From NCBI GenBank assembly GCA_902801245.1, contig CADCHW010000001.1, forward strand, positions 9,626 to 73,625: DNA of 64,000 bases, written 5' to 3'. Below the pieces are notes generated by a model. The model was not told where the DNA came from. It was given only the letters and a program-made list of their open reading frames with translations, and ran no database searches. Source of the stretch: an uncultured Ruminococcus sp. (GTDB taxonomy: Bacteria > Bacillota > Clostridia > Oscillospirales > Acutalibacteraceae). Of this stretch, positions 18,175-27,842 are shown piece by piece. The position numbers and the translations under genes are program-made. Position 1 is the stretch's first letter. Every line of letters starts with the position of its first letter.

Positions 18175-19251
18175 TTATGCTCCGAAAAGTTCGGCAATTG
18201 CACTTTCTGAAATCTTAGAACCGATTACGCAAAGTCTGCCGATAGTTCCTGCTGTGCCTGTTCTTACATCGGGTTCGCCCGGAACATAGTCAAAGTGAAT
18301 CCATGCACCGTCTGTACCCTCAACAATACCCTTTGCACGAAGAATAATGCCGAACTTCTCCTCGTTTGCAAGCTCGTTCAAGGCTGCCGTAATATCCTCG
18401 GCTGTGAACTTCTTTGTAGTTTCAACACCCCAGCTTGTGAATACTTCGTCGGCATGGTGGTGATGATGATGTCCGTGTTCATGGTCGTGGTCGTGATGAT
18501 GTTCATGCTCATGGTCGTGATGATGTTCATGCTCATGGTCGTGGTCGTGGTCGTGGTCATGGTGATGTTCATGCTCATGGTCGTGGTCATGATGATGTCC
18601 GCAAACAGGGCAAACGTCCTCTTCTTCTTGTAGTTTTTTAAGTGCCTCTTCGAGAGTATTTTTATTTTCGATAGCAAGAACAATCTGTTCACCGCTGAGG
18701 TTATCCCAGTCGGTAGTGATAAGCTCTGCCTTTGCGTTATGCTCTCTGAGAAGCTTTACGCATGCAGCAAGTTTTTCGTCCGAAATATTTTTGGTATGGC
18801 TGAGAACAATCGCACTTGCGTGTTCAACCTGATTGTTGAAAAATTCGCCGAAATTCTTGATGTACATTTTGCACTTATTAGCGTCAACTACCGTTGTAAA
18901 GCTGTTGAGAACAATATCATCTGAATGAATATTTTCAACTGCGGCAATAACGTCACTGAGCTTGCCGACACCCGACGGCTCGATAATGATTCTGTCCGGT
19001 GAGTACTGAGCAAGAACCTTTTTGAGAGCCTCGCCGAAATCGCCGACCAAACTACAGCAAATACAGCCGGAGTTCATTTCCGTGATTTCAATGCCTGCGT
19101 CCTGCAAGAAACCGCCGTCAATGCCAATCTCGCCAAATTCGTTCTCTATAAGCACAAGCTTCTCGCCGCTGTAAGCTTCGGCAATAAGCTTCTTGATTAG
19201 CGTTGTCTTACCTGCTCCGAGAAAACCGGAGAAAATATCTACTTTTGTCAT
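18175..19251 (-). CDS. COG0523-family (CobW/ZigA/YciC-like) metallochaperone GTPase with a long His-rich insert
   Basis: GFLGAGKTTL P-loop; GCICCS CxCC motif; roughly 45-residue H/D/E run (HHHDHDHEHEHHHDHDH...HHHHHH). Confidence 0.85.
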   Translation of the reverse strand: MTKVDIFSGFLGAGKTTLIKKLIAEAYSGEKLVLIENEFGEIGIDGGFLQDAGIEITEMNSGCICCSLVGDFGEALKKVLAQYSPDRIIIEPSGVGKLSDVIAAVENIHSDDIVLNSFTTVVDANKCKMYIKNFGEFFNNQVEHASAIVLSHTKNISDEKLAACVKLLREHNAKAELITTDWDNLSGEQIVLAIENKNTLEEALKKLQEEEDVCPVCGHHHDHDHEHEHHHDHDHDHDHEHEHHHDHEHEHHHDHDHEHGHHHHHHADEVFTSWGVETTKKFTAEDITAALNELANEEKFGIILRAKGIVEGTDGAWIHFDYVPGEPDVRTGTAGTIGRLCVIGSKISESAIAELFGA

Positions 19252-19505
19252 AATATTACTTCCTTATTTTAAATTTTCGGATACCGTTTTCAACGTTCCA
19301 TTTTATAGTTTAACACTAAAATGAAATATATGCAAGTAATTATAATGAAAATAATGTTAAAAAAATTTAAAGAAATGTGTTTGCTCGGGTTCGGAAATTC
19401 GATTACTTCAAAAAATTTCTTATTGTATTAAAAATGCTTGTATTATATCGAAAAATGTGTTATAATCAAGATGAATCAAATCGCTGCGTTATCAAAGGAG
19501 TATAT

Positions 19506-19928
19506 ATGACTGTTTTTAAATCAACCGACTTGAAACAAACAGAAGAGCTTGGACGTAAAATCGCCGACTCTCTTCACGGTACAGAGGTTATTGCTTATTT
19601 CGGCGGTCTTGGTATGGGTAAAACCACCTTGACAAGAGCCATTGCCGAAGCACTCGGCACGGAGGATAATGTTTCAAGTCCTACATTTGCCATTGTCAAT
19701 GAGTATCATTCAAAATACAATATTTATCATTTTGATATGTACAGAGTTTCAAGTTGGGAGGATTTGTATTCGACAGGCTTTTTTGACTACCTCGATACAG
19801 GTGTTTTAATTGTCGAATGGAGTGAAAACATTGAAAACGCACTTCCCGAAAATACGGTCAGAATCACAATCACAAAAGGCGACAGCGACAGTGAAAGAAT
19901 TTTTGAAATAGAGGGTCTTGACATATGA
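19506..19928 (+). CDS. tsaE: tRNA t6A37 biosynthesis ATPase TsaE
   Basis: Start at MTVFKS; GGLGMGKTTLTR P-loop; SPTF and HFDMYR motifs. Confidence 0.88.
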   Translation: MTVFKSTDLKQTEELGRKIADSLHGTEVIAYFGGLGMGKTTLTRAIAEALGTEDNVSSPTFAIVNEYHSKYNIYHFDMYRVSSWEDLYSTGFFDYLDTGVLIVEWSENIENALPENTVRITITKGDSDSERIFEIEGLDI

Positions 19929-20635
19929 AGATTTTTGCAGTGGATACTTCTGCAAAGTCTGCCTCGGTCGCACTCGTTGAGGACGGTGTGATTAAAGGCG
20001 AGCACTTTATAAATACAATGCTTACCCACAGTGAAACGCTTATGCCTATGGCGGATTCGCTTTTTAAAAGCGTGAGGACAGAGCCGAAAGACATTGACTG
20101 CTTTGCGGTGAATTGCGGGCCGGGGTCGTTCACAGGTTTGAGAATAGGAATTGCCGCCGTAAAAGGTATGGCTTATGCACTTGACAAGCCGTGTGCGGCG
20201 GTTTCAACGCTTGAATCCATGGCTTATAACCTCAGCCGTGAAAATACCGTTGTATGTGCGGTAATGGACGCAAGATGTAATCAGGTTTACAATGCGTTGT
20301 TTGATGTATCGGACAGTGAACCTGTTCGTCTTTGTGAGGATAGGGCATTGCAGATTAACGAGCTTATTTCCGATTTGAGAAACATTAATAAGAAAATTGT
20401 TCTGGTCGGTGACGGTGCTAAACTTTGTTTTGATAAAATGTGGGGTGAGCTTGAAAATATCGAGCTTGCAAGCGAAAACATCAGATTTCAGAGAGCTTCG
20501 TCAACAGCGATTGCAGCGGAAAAACTTTTTGAAAAAGGCGAAATTCTTACATCATCTCAGCTTATGCCGAAATATTTAAGACTTCCGCAGGCTCAAAGAG
20601 AATTGATAGCCAAAAATAAATTAAATAATAAATGA
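19925..20635 (+). CDS. tsaB: tRNA t6A37 biosynthesis protein TsaB
   Basis: ATGA overlap with tsaE; MKIFAVDTS...GPGSFTGLRIG typical of YeaZ/TsaB. Confidence 0.88.
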   Translation: MKIFAVDTSAKSASVALVEDGVIKGEHFINTMLTHSETLMPMADSLFKSVRTEPKDIDCFAVNCGPGSFTGLRIGIAAVKGMAYALDKPCAAVSTLESMAYNLSRENTVVCAVMDARCNQVYNALFDVSDSEPVRLCEDRALQINELISDLRNINKKIVLVGDGAKLCFDKMWGELENIELASENIRFQRASSTAIAAEKLFEKGEILTSSQLMPKYLRLPQAQRELIAKNKLNNK

Positions 20636-20659
20636 TTTGTATGCGAAAGGGGTATAATT

Positions 20660-21106
20660 ATGATAGCTTTAGGTGCAGACCATGGCGGATTTTATTTGAA
20701 AGAGGCAATAAAAAAATATCTTGAAGAAAAGAATATTGAGTATATTGACCACGGCTGTTATTCGGAGGAGTCGGTTGACTATGCGATTTATGCGAAAAAG
20801 GTTGCCGATGACGTTGCAAGCGGCAAGTGCGAAAAGGGTATTCTCTGCTGCGGTACAGGTATAGGAATCTCAATTGCCGCAAACAAGGTTAAGGGCATTA
20901 GGGCAGCGGTTGTTACAAATGAGTTCTGTGCAGAAATGACACGCCGCCACAATGATGCGAATATTCTTGCAATGGGCGGAAGAGTTATCGATGCTCCGAC
21001 AGCCGTTAAGCTTACGGATATTTTCCTTAACACCGAGTTTGAGGGCGACAGGCATATCAGACGTATTGCCCAGATTGCAAAAATCGAAAACGGTGAGGAA
21101 CTGTAA
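20660..21106 (+). CDS. rpiB: Ribose-5-phosphate isomerase B
   Basis: MIALGADHGG...CGTGIGISIAANK motifs; 148 aa. Confidence 0.9.
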   Translation: MIALGADHGGFYLKEAIKKYLEEKNIEYIDHGCYSEESVDYAIYAKKVADDVASGKCEKGILCCGTGIGISIAANKVKGIRAAVVTNEFCAEMTRRHNDANILAMGGRVIDAPTAVKLTDIFLNTEFEGDRHIRRIAQIAKIENGEEL

Positions 21107-21189
21107 TTATCACGGAGAAATATTTTGTAAAATAAAATTTATAATTTTGCCCTCTGTAGGAAATAATATCTTTACGGAGGGCTTTATTT

Positions 21190-22155
21190 ATGAAAAAATA
21201 TATTATCTTAACTCTATTGTCATTGTCAATAATACTTACTGCATTCGCATCGGGTTACACTAAAATTAACAGTATAGACTATGTTTCGGCTGTTAAAGTA
21301 GAAAATACTACGGCGAGAGAAATATTAAACTACAACGGAACGGTTGAGTATAAAAATTCGTCTGTTTGTACATCAAACGGTACAGGTATGGTTCAGTCCG
21401 TACTTGTGAATAACGGTGATTTTGTTGAAAAGGGCGACCCGATTCTTACTGTCTATCAGACAGATGCCGAGATTTCAAAATCAGATATTATGTCATCTTT
21501 AACATCTGGAAACTATGATAACATTACATCTATGTTTGACGGAGATTTTTCCGTCAATGTTTACGAGGCTAAGACTTCCGGAATAATCAGCAGTCTTGAT
21601 TTGGAGGAGGGCGGAGTTTACCAAAAAGGGCAGACATTGTTTAAAATTTCTCCTGAAAAATCATTTCAAATTCAAATTAATGCTGTTGAAAAGGATATTC
21701 CTAAAATAAAAATCGGTCAGAATGTAAAAATAGATTGCAAAGCTGTATCGGATATTCTTTACGGAACAATTAAAAGCATAGGTAATTCAGCTAATCAAAC
21801 AACTACTGCCACAGGCAAAGAAACTACCGTAAAAATAATAATCGATATAGACAATCAGAATGAAGAGATTAAATCGGGTTATACTGCGACTTGTTCAATA
21901 ACTGTTTCCGAAAAAGAAAACACTCTTCTTGTGCCGTATTCAAGTGTCGGAGCAGAGGAGAACGGCAAAAGCTTCGTCTATATTTTAAATGACAGGAAAA
22001 TTGAAAAACGTTATGTCACTTACGGTGCGGAATATAACAACGGTTTGGAAATTAAGAAAGGCTTGAAATCCGGAGATATTATTGTACAAGATGCTTCAAG
22101 CGTGGAAAATCCCGAAAGTACTGTTGTAAACGAGGTGAGGATTAATGCACAGTAA
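21190..22155 (+). CDS. Efflux transporter periplasmic adaptor (HlyD/MacA-like)
   Basis: N-terminal anchor; lipoyl-like GDFVEKGDPILTV; beta-barrel region; overlaps the downstream FtsX-type permease. Confidence 0.75.
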   Translation: MKKYIILTLLSLSIILTAFASGYTKINSIDYVSAVKVENTTAREILNYNGTVEYKNSSVCTSNGTGMVQSVLVNNGDFVEKGDPILTVYQTDAEISKSDIMSSLTSGNYDNITSMFDGDFSVNVYEAKTSGIISSLDLEEGGVYQKGQTLFKISPEKSFQIQINAVEKDIPKIKIGQNVKIDCKAVSDILYGTIKSIGNSANQTTTATGKETTVKIIIDIDNQNEEIKSGYTATCSITVSEKENTLLVPYSSVGAEENGKSFVYILNDRKIEKRYVTYGAEYNNGLEIKKGLKSGDIIVQDASSVENPESTVVNEVRINAQ

Positions 22156-23320
22156 AATTAAGTATACAGTGAAATGTTTACTTGAAAATAAACTTCGCTT
22201 TTTACTCACAATTTTAAGTATAGCTGTCGGAGTAACGTCTGTTTTGATTATTAATGCTGTAAGTGATTTTGGTGTTACGGCTGTATCTTCGGAGCTTGAC
22301 AGTCTTGGAATGAACGGTCTTATCGTTACAAAAGAGTCGGATAATTTAAATTTGACAGATAATGAAGTTGAAAAAATCAACAGTGTTGACGGTATTTCAC
22401 AGGTTGCCCCCGTTACTATTAAAACTTCAAAGGTATATTATAAAAATACAGATAATATTTCAACAATGATATGGGGCATTGACGAACGTGCGGAAGATGT
22501 GGTATCATTTGAATTGCTGTATGGTCGATTTATCGATAAGGGAGATATCAAATCCAACAGCAAGGTATGTATGCTTGACCAATCGTTGGCGGAGGAGCTG
22601 TACGGCAGGGAAAATATTGTCGGAAGTACTGTGGATTTGCTGTGTAATTCAACAGTTGAAAGCTTTAAAGTGATAGGGGTTGTCAAAACGGGAAAAGGCA
22701 TAATGCAGTCGCTTATGGGCAGTTATTTTCCGTCATTTTTATATGTGCCTTATACTGCTTTTGACAACAGTCCGAATTATAATCAATTTTTTTTGAAAAT
22801 AGACGGCACAAAATCTTCCGACGAAATTACCGACATTGTTGAAAAACAGCTTAACAATGAAATTAAAAGTAACACTGCTAATTATAAAGTAACGGATTTG
22901 GCAAGTCAAAAAGGTGTGCTTGAAAATATGCTCAATATCGTGACATTGATTTTAACTGTAATTGGTGCGATTTCGCTGTTGGTTTCGGGTATAAGTATAA
23001 TGAATATTATGTTGATTTCGGTAAATGAAAGAGTGAAAGAAATAGGCATTAAAAAATCAATTGGTGCAACCTCTAGGGACATTTTGCTTGATTTTTTGAA
23101 TGAATCAATTATAATTGCTGTGGTAGGAACTGCTATAGGAATTCTGATTTCGGTTATAATTGTGAAGACAGCTTCGGTTGTGCTGGGTTATAAAATATTT
23201 GTAAAAGGGAAAGCAATTTTATATTCGGTGATTATTTCCGTAACATTGGGTGTACTTTTCGGAATTTTTCCTGCATATAAAGCATCAAAATTTAAGCCTG
23301 TCGAAGCGTTGAGGAGATGA
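22145..23320 (+). CDS. ABC transporter permease, MacB/FtsX type
   Basis: TM1, large extracytoplasmic domain, then three C-terminal TMs; ERVKEIGIKKSIGAT FtsX signature. Confidence 0.85.
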   Translation: MHSKIKYTVKCLLENKLRFLLTILSIAVGVTSVLIINAVSDFGVTAVSSELDSLGMNGLIVTKESDNLNLTDNEVEKINSVDGISQVAPVTIKTSKVYYKNTDNISTMIWGIDERAEDVVSFELLYGRFIDKGDIKSNSKVCMLDQSLAEELYGRENIVGSTVDLLCNSTVESFKVIGVVKTGKGIMQSLMGSYFPSFLYVPYTAFDNSPNYNQFFLKIDGTKSSDEITDIVEKQLNNEIKSNTANYKVTDLASQKGVLENMLNIVTLILTVIGAISLLVSGISIMNIMLISVNERVKEIGIKKSIGATSRDILLDFLNESIIIAVVGTAIGILISVIIVKTASVVLGYKIFVKGKAILYSVIISVTLGVLFGIFPAYKASKFKPVEALRR

Positions 23321-24042
23321 TAACTATAATGAAAAGGGCGGTCATATCGGGCAAATATCCCAAATTTATTACGGCATTGAAACAGCTTGACTATGAAATA
23401 ATTAAGGTTGAACCGTATAAAGATAATTTTGATAATTCCGAAGCATCGCATGCAGATATGCAGATTTTAAATCTTGATAACAAAGCAATAATTTTGCTGA
23501 GAAACAACAATTGCTTTAATAAAAAAATTATCGATTTCTGTCAAGATACATCAACAGAAATTATCTTCACAGATACCGATATTTACAAATTTATCTATCC
23601 CGAATGCGTGAAATTAAATATTGCACTTGTAGGTCATTATGCAATCGGAAATTTTAAATATACAGATAACGCAGTTATAAGTATTTTGGAAAAATATCAT
23701 TACGAACGTATTAATGTTAAACAGGGATATGCAAAATGTTCAACATCTATAGTAAGTGACGGTGCAATTATTACTTCCGATACTTCAATTTTCCGTGCCG
23801 TGCAAGGAAAGATTGATTGTCTGAAAATATCCGAGGGGTATATTTCTCTTTGTGAAAAGTACGGCGGATTTATCGGCGGAGCAAGCTTTCTTCTGGATAA
23901 GTCAACGCTTGCGTTTACGGGTGACATTACGGCTCACCCCGACTACATAAATATAAAAAGCTTCTGCCGTAATCACGGAGTTGATGTTCTGAGTTTAAGT
24001 AAATCTCCGCTCTGTGATGTCGGGGGAGCAGTAATCATATAA
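23317..24042 (+). CDS. Hypothetical protein, translationally coupled to the permease
   Basis: 241-aa ORF; ATGA overlap with the upstream stop (alternative start 23329); no motif I can name. Confidence 0.55.
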   Translation: MITIMKRAVISGKYPKFITALKQLDYEIIKVEPYKDNFDNSEASHADMQILNLDNKAIILLRNNNCFNKKIIDFCQDTSTEIIFTDTDIYKFIYPECVKLNIALVGHYAIGNFKYTDNAVISILEKYHYERINVKQGYAKCSTSIVSDGAIITSDTSIFRAVQGKIDCLKISEGYISLCEKYGGFIGGASFLLDKSTLAFTGDITAHPDYINIKSFCRNHGVDVLSLSKSPLCDVGGAVII

Positions 24043-24044
24043 AG

Positions 24045-24083
24045 GGTCTGTATCAAAGTCATAAGCTTGATACAGACCTTTTA
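24045..24083 (+). terminator. Rho-independent terminator
   Basis: GGTCTGTATCAA...TTGATACAGACC stem followed by TTTTATTT. Confidence 0.75.
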
Positions 24084-24084
24084 T

Positions 24085-24546
24085 TTATAAGACTTTTAAT
24101 TCGTATTCTTTACATAACAATTCAATATTAATGTTGCTGCCAATAATATATAATAAATTGTATTCATTATCAATATTATTTTTAAAATTACGATTATAAT
24201 AGTTGAATGCACTTTGTAATTCATCTGTGGTTAATTTCTTTACATAAATATCTAAAATGAAATGAGGAAATTCTTAATCAAAATAACCGTCATTGTCAAT
24301 TTTTAAGATTAATATATTTTTGTAAATCAATTTGGAATGTTTAATATTATTCTTTGAGAAATGAAATTGAATTGAAGATAAATTAGTGAATGAAATTTCA
24401 GTCAAATCAACATTCTGAAGAATATTATCCATATATTTAAAATGATACTTTTTGGAAATATAAAACAAATTTATAGTTTAAATCAACTTTCTCAAAAAAT
24501 AAATTTAGTGTTTGTTTCCCCCGAGAATTGCCCAATCCGGTTGACA
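24085..24546 (-). pseudogene. Decayed gene of unknown function (one frameshift and one in-frame stop)
   Basis: Three consecutive open segments on the minus strand (34, 64 and 63 codons); segments 2 and 3 are in the same frame separated only by TAA; very AT-rich. Confidence 0.3.
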
Positions 24547-24829
24547 TTTTTAAAAATTTGTTTTATTATAAATATAGGTTACAAATATATTTATACAATA
24601 AAACAAATTTTAAATCAAGGGCTTTAACAAAAAATTCAAAATTTAATATGGAAAAATAGCATATACAGCGGTTGAAATGACTGAATTGATGAACATTTCA
24701 CCGTCAACTTTCAGATACTATAAATTGAGGGACGGATGAGATTTTCAAGAATATGATGTATAAGGATATACCCAAGGAGTTCAGAAATATAAGTGAAAAA
24801 TTTTTGCATTTGTAGGAGGATTATAAAGT

Positions 24830-25312
24830 ATGATAATTCACCCGATACCACCCGTATATAACAGCGAATCAAAAATATTAATTTTAGGAAGCTTCCCGTC
24901 CGTAAAATCCCGTGAGGTCGGTTTTTTCTACGGTCATAAACAGAACAGATTTTGGAAAGTTATGGCGGAAATCTTCTCGGATAGCATACCCGAAACTATT
25001 GATGAAAAGAAAACCTTTTTGCTTGAAAATAATATTGCACTTTGGGACGTTATCGCAAGTTGTGATATTGAGGGTTCGTCCGACAGCAGTATAAAGAATG
25101 TGCAAGTAAACGATTTGAATATTATTTTAAATAATTCAAAAGTTTGCAAGATTTTCACCAACGGCAAAAAGGCATATGATTTGTATGAAAAATACCTGCA
25201 TTCAAAAACAAAAATTAAAGCTGTTTCTCTGCCGTCAACAAGTCCTGCAAATGCTGCGTGGAGCTTTGAAAAATTGGTGGCGGAATGGAGAAAAAATATA
25301 GCGGAAAACTAA
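24830..25312 (+). CDS. DNA-deoxyinosine (hypoxanthine) glycosylase, UDG superfamily
   Basis: ILILGSFPSVKS, HKQNRFW and LPSTSPAN motifs; 160 aa. Confidence 0.75.
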   Translation: MIIHPIPPVYNSESKILILGSFPSVKSREVGFFYGHKQNRFWKVMAEIFSDSIPETIDEKKTFLLENNIALWDVIASCDIEGSSDSSIKNVQVNDLNIILNNSKVCKIFTNGKKAYDLYEKYLHSKTKIKAVSLPSTSPANAAWSFEKLVAEWRKNIAEN

Positions 25313-25454
25313 TAAATTCAATACAAAATTCAGCGTATTTTATTCCTATTTTTGTTTTTTTAATCTTTACAAATGGCTTAAAAAGTGATATAATAATGAA
25401 GAAAATGTTATTTTAATTTTTTGCAATCTAAATATTTAAGGGTGAGTGAAAGAA

Positions 25455-25745
25455 ATGACAATGGACTTTTCTACCTTGAAAAGTAAAAATGGGGAAAGAT
25501 ATGATGATTTTGTAAAAAAAGCAAAAGAGAAGAAAAAATTTGAATTTACTCTTGACGGTAATTTTTACAAGTCGGACGAATATGAAATTGATAATGCTAA
25601 ATTTTGGAGAATGTTTAGAAATAACGAAGACCTTATTCCTTATAAGATTTTTATTTCCTTCGATGACCATATGGAAGATAAAATTTTTGGAGAACATACT
25701 TTTCCTGAAAGATTTGAGGATATAACGATTGTTAGTTATGATTAA
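25455..25745 (+). CDS. Hypothetical protein
   Basis: ATG about 8 nt after AAGGGTGAG; followed by a terminator; no recognised family. Confidence 0.5.
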   Translation: MTMDFSTLKSKNGERYDDFVKKAKEKKKFEFTLDGNFYKSDEYEIDNAKFWRMFRNNEDLIPYKIFISFDDHMEDKIFGEHTFPERFEDITIVSYD

Positions 25746-25752
25746 TAAAAAT

Positions 25753-25799
25753 ACAACCTGTACAGAATCTAATCGGCTGTACAGGTTGTGTTTATTTTT
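25753..25799. terminator. Bidirectional terminator
   Basis: 13-bp stem ACAACCTGTACAG/CTGTACAGGTTGT followed by a T-run. Confidence 0.7.
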
Positions 25800-26169
25800 G
25801 GAGAAGCTCCAGAATTTCACGGTCGGCAGGGCAGAAGTTATAGTTGGGAATATCACTTTTTTTTATCCATTTTAACTCGGTGTGTTCGAGAAGTCTTGGT
25901 TTGCCTAAAATAATTTCGGCATTAAATAATGTTAAATGAATGTCAATATCGGGGTAATTGTGAAAAACTTCGCAGAAAATATTGTTGACTTTAACGGTTA
26001 TATCAAGCTCTTCACGACATTCACGAATCAAAGCAGCCTCCTTGCTCTCGCCGTTTTCGACCTTTCCTCCTACAAATTCCCACATAAGACCTCTCGCTTT
26101 TTCGAGCGGTCGCTTGCAGATTAGGAATTTATCACCGCTCCAAATCAGTGCCGCAACTACTTCAACCAT
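25792..26169 (-). CDS. NUDIX hydrolase (MutT-like 8-oxo-dGTP diphosphatase)
   Basis: Nudix box GGKVENGESKEAALIRECREELD; start at MVEVV; overlaps the cca stop. Confidence 0.85.
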   Translation of the reverse strand: MVEVVAALIWSGDKFLICKRPLEKARGLMWEFVGGKVENGESKEAALIRECREELDITVKVNNIFCEVFHNYPDIDIHLTLFNAEIILGKPRLLEHTELKWIKKSDIPNYNFCPADREILELLQK

Positions 26170-27496
26170 TGTCCACAAAATTCTCCTTTGTGAATTTAAT
26201 TAACTCCTCTTTCTTGTTCGGAAGTTTCCCGCCGATAACTTCATCCAAAAGATTTTTTAGAATAACACCGATTTCCCTGCCGGGTTTAAATCCCATTTCA
26301 ATTAAGTCGCTGCCGTTTATTGTAAGGTCTTTCAACGAAAAACATGCGTTTTGGGCGATAATTTCACGGGCGGTTTTTTCCAGCCTGTCAAGGTATTCAA
26401 GCCTGTCACGGCATATCGGACTTTGGGCAAGAGTATCTGCACGTTTCATTTTTAGCAGCATAAAGAAAATTTCGGAAGTGTGTTTGTTCATACAGCGTTT
26501 GACAGCCGCTTCGGTTTCCTCAATTTGTACGTCATGTATCTTTACAAGTTTAGTTACTGTGTTTTTAGTATTATTATCAAATTTCAAACGTGAGAGAATA
26601 TTTTCCGTCATCTTTGCTCCGACCTCCGAATGACCGTAAAAATGTCCCTCACCGTTTTTCATAAAGAAACATTTAGGTTTACCAATGTCGTGAAATAGTG
26701 CTGTAAGTCGGAGTATCGGCGTAGGTTCAATGTTTTCAACAGCAACCGCTGTATGTTCGAGAATATCATAAATATGATGTATGTTCCGTTGGTCAAAGCC
26801 TTTCATGGGAAGAAGCTCGGGAATAACAACACCCAGAACGTCAATGTATTCAAGTAATACTTTTCGGACATTTTCACCGCAAAGAAGTTTCACAAGTTCG
26901 TTTGCTATGCGTTCGCTGCTGATGTTTTTAAGAAGCTCCTTATTTTGGAAAATCGCACGTTTCGTGTTATCCTCAATCTTAAAACCAAGTACAGAGGAAA
27001 ACCTAATGGCACGCATAATACGCAATGCATCTTCGTTGAAACGCTGATTTGAATCACCTACACAGCGAATTATTTTATTTTTGATATCCTCGCTGCCGCC
27101 GTAAAAATCGCATATTCCACGTTCATCGTTGTAGGCAAGAGCGTTCATTGTAAAATCACGTCTTGCCGTGTCCTCTTCAAGACTTTTTGTAAAGGTGACG
27201 TTTGTGGGGTGACGGTTGTCGGAGTAGTCCGAATCAATTCTGAAAGTTGTGATTTCAAGTGGCATTTTGTTGATTAACACAGTTACAGTGCCGTGTTTGA
27301 TACCCGTTTCAATAACACGATAATTGCTGAAAATTTTCTCAACCTCTTCGGGTTCGGCGGACGTGGTTATGTCGTAATCCTTTGGCTTGTCGCCAAGCAG
27401 ACTGTCACGAACACAGCCGCCAACAATGTACGCTTCAAAGCCGTTTTGGGTAAGCTTTGAGATAGCAGTTTTCACCTCTTCGGGCATATATATCAT
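26162..27496 (-). CDS. cca: CCA-adding tRNA nucleotidyltransferase with HD domain
   Basis: GGCVRDSLLG...DYDITT pol-beta NTase head; HHIYDILEHT / HDIGK HD domain. Confidence 0.9.
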   Translation of the reverse strand: MIYMPEEVKTAISKLTQNGFEAYIVGGCVRDSLLGDKPKDYDITTSAEPEEVEKIFSNYRVIETGIKHGTVTVLINKMPLEITTFRIDSDYSDNRHPTNVTFTKSLEEDTARRDFTMNALAYNDERGICDFYGGSEDIKNKIIRCVGDSNQRFNEDALRIMRAIRFSSVLGFKIEDNTKRAIFQNKELLKNISSERIANELVKLLCGENVRKVLLEYIDVLGVVIPELLPMKGFDQRNIHHIYDILEHTAVAVENIEPTPILRLTALFHDIGKPKCFFMKNGEGHFYGHSEVGAKMTENILSRLKFDNNTKNTVTKLVKIHDVQIEETEAAVKRCMNKHTSEIFFMLLKMKRADTLAQSPICRDRLEYLDRLEKTAREIIAQNACFSLKDLTINGSDLIEMGFKPGREIGVILKNLLDEVIGGKLPNKKEELIKFTKENFVDNG

Positions 27497-27581
27497 AAAT
27501 TGTTACCTCACTTTCAAAATTTAATTCGTATGAATAATAAACTTATATCGGACATATTCATTAATAAAGGAGAGATGATTA

Positions 27582-27842
27582 ATGAATATACCTTTACTTA
27601 TTGGAATAATAACTGCCGTTATTGTAATTTATTCGATTATAAACGCAATAAGCAAATCAAAGCACCCGATAAAAAAGAGCATTACAGGCGTAATGACAGG
27701 CTTCGTCGCTTTGATAGTTGTAAATCTTTTAACACCGTTGACAAGCGTTTCCGTACCAATCAGTATTATGTCGGTGCTGGTTGCGGCAATCGGAGGACTT
27801 CCGGGAGTTACTTTGATTTTAGCGTTTAATGCGTTTCTTTGA
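27582..27842 (+). CDS. bofA: Pro-sigma-K processing inhibitor BofA-like membrane protein
   Basis: 86 aa, two TMs, C-terminal AAIGGLPGVTLILAF typical of BofA. Confidence 0.65.
   Translation: MNIPLLIGIITAVIVIYSIINAISKSKHPIKKSITGVMTGFVALIVVNLLTPLTSVSVPISIMSVLVAAIGGLPGVTLILAFNAFL

Noticed and set aside
18470-18600. Tandem nucleotide repeat (CATGGTCGTG-type periodicity) as a non-coding microsatellite
   Set aside because: It lies inside the COG0523 ORF on the minus strand and encodes the His/Asp/Glu-rich metal-binding tract. It is a coding low-complexity region.
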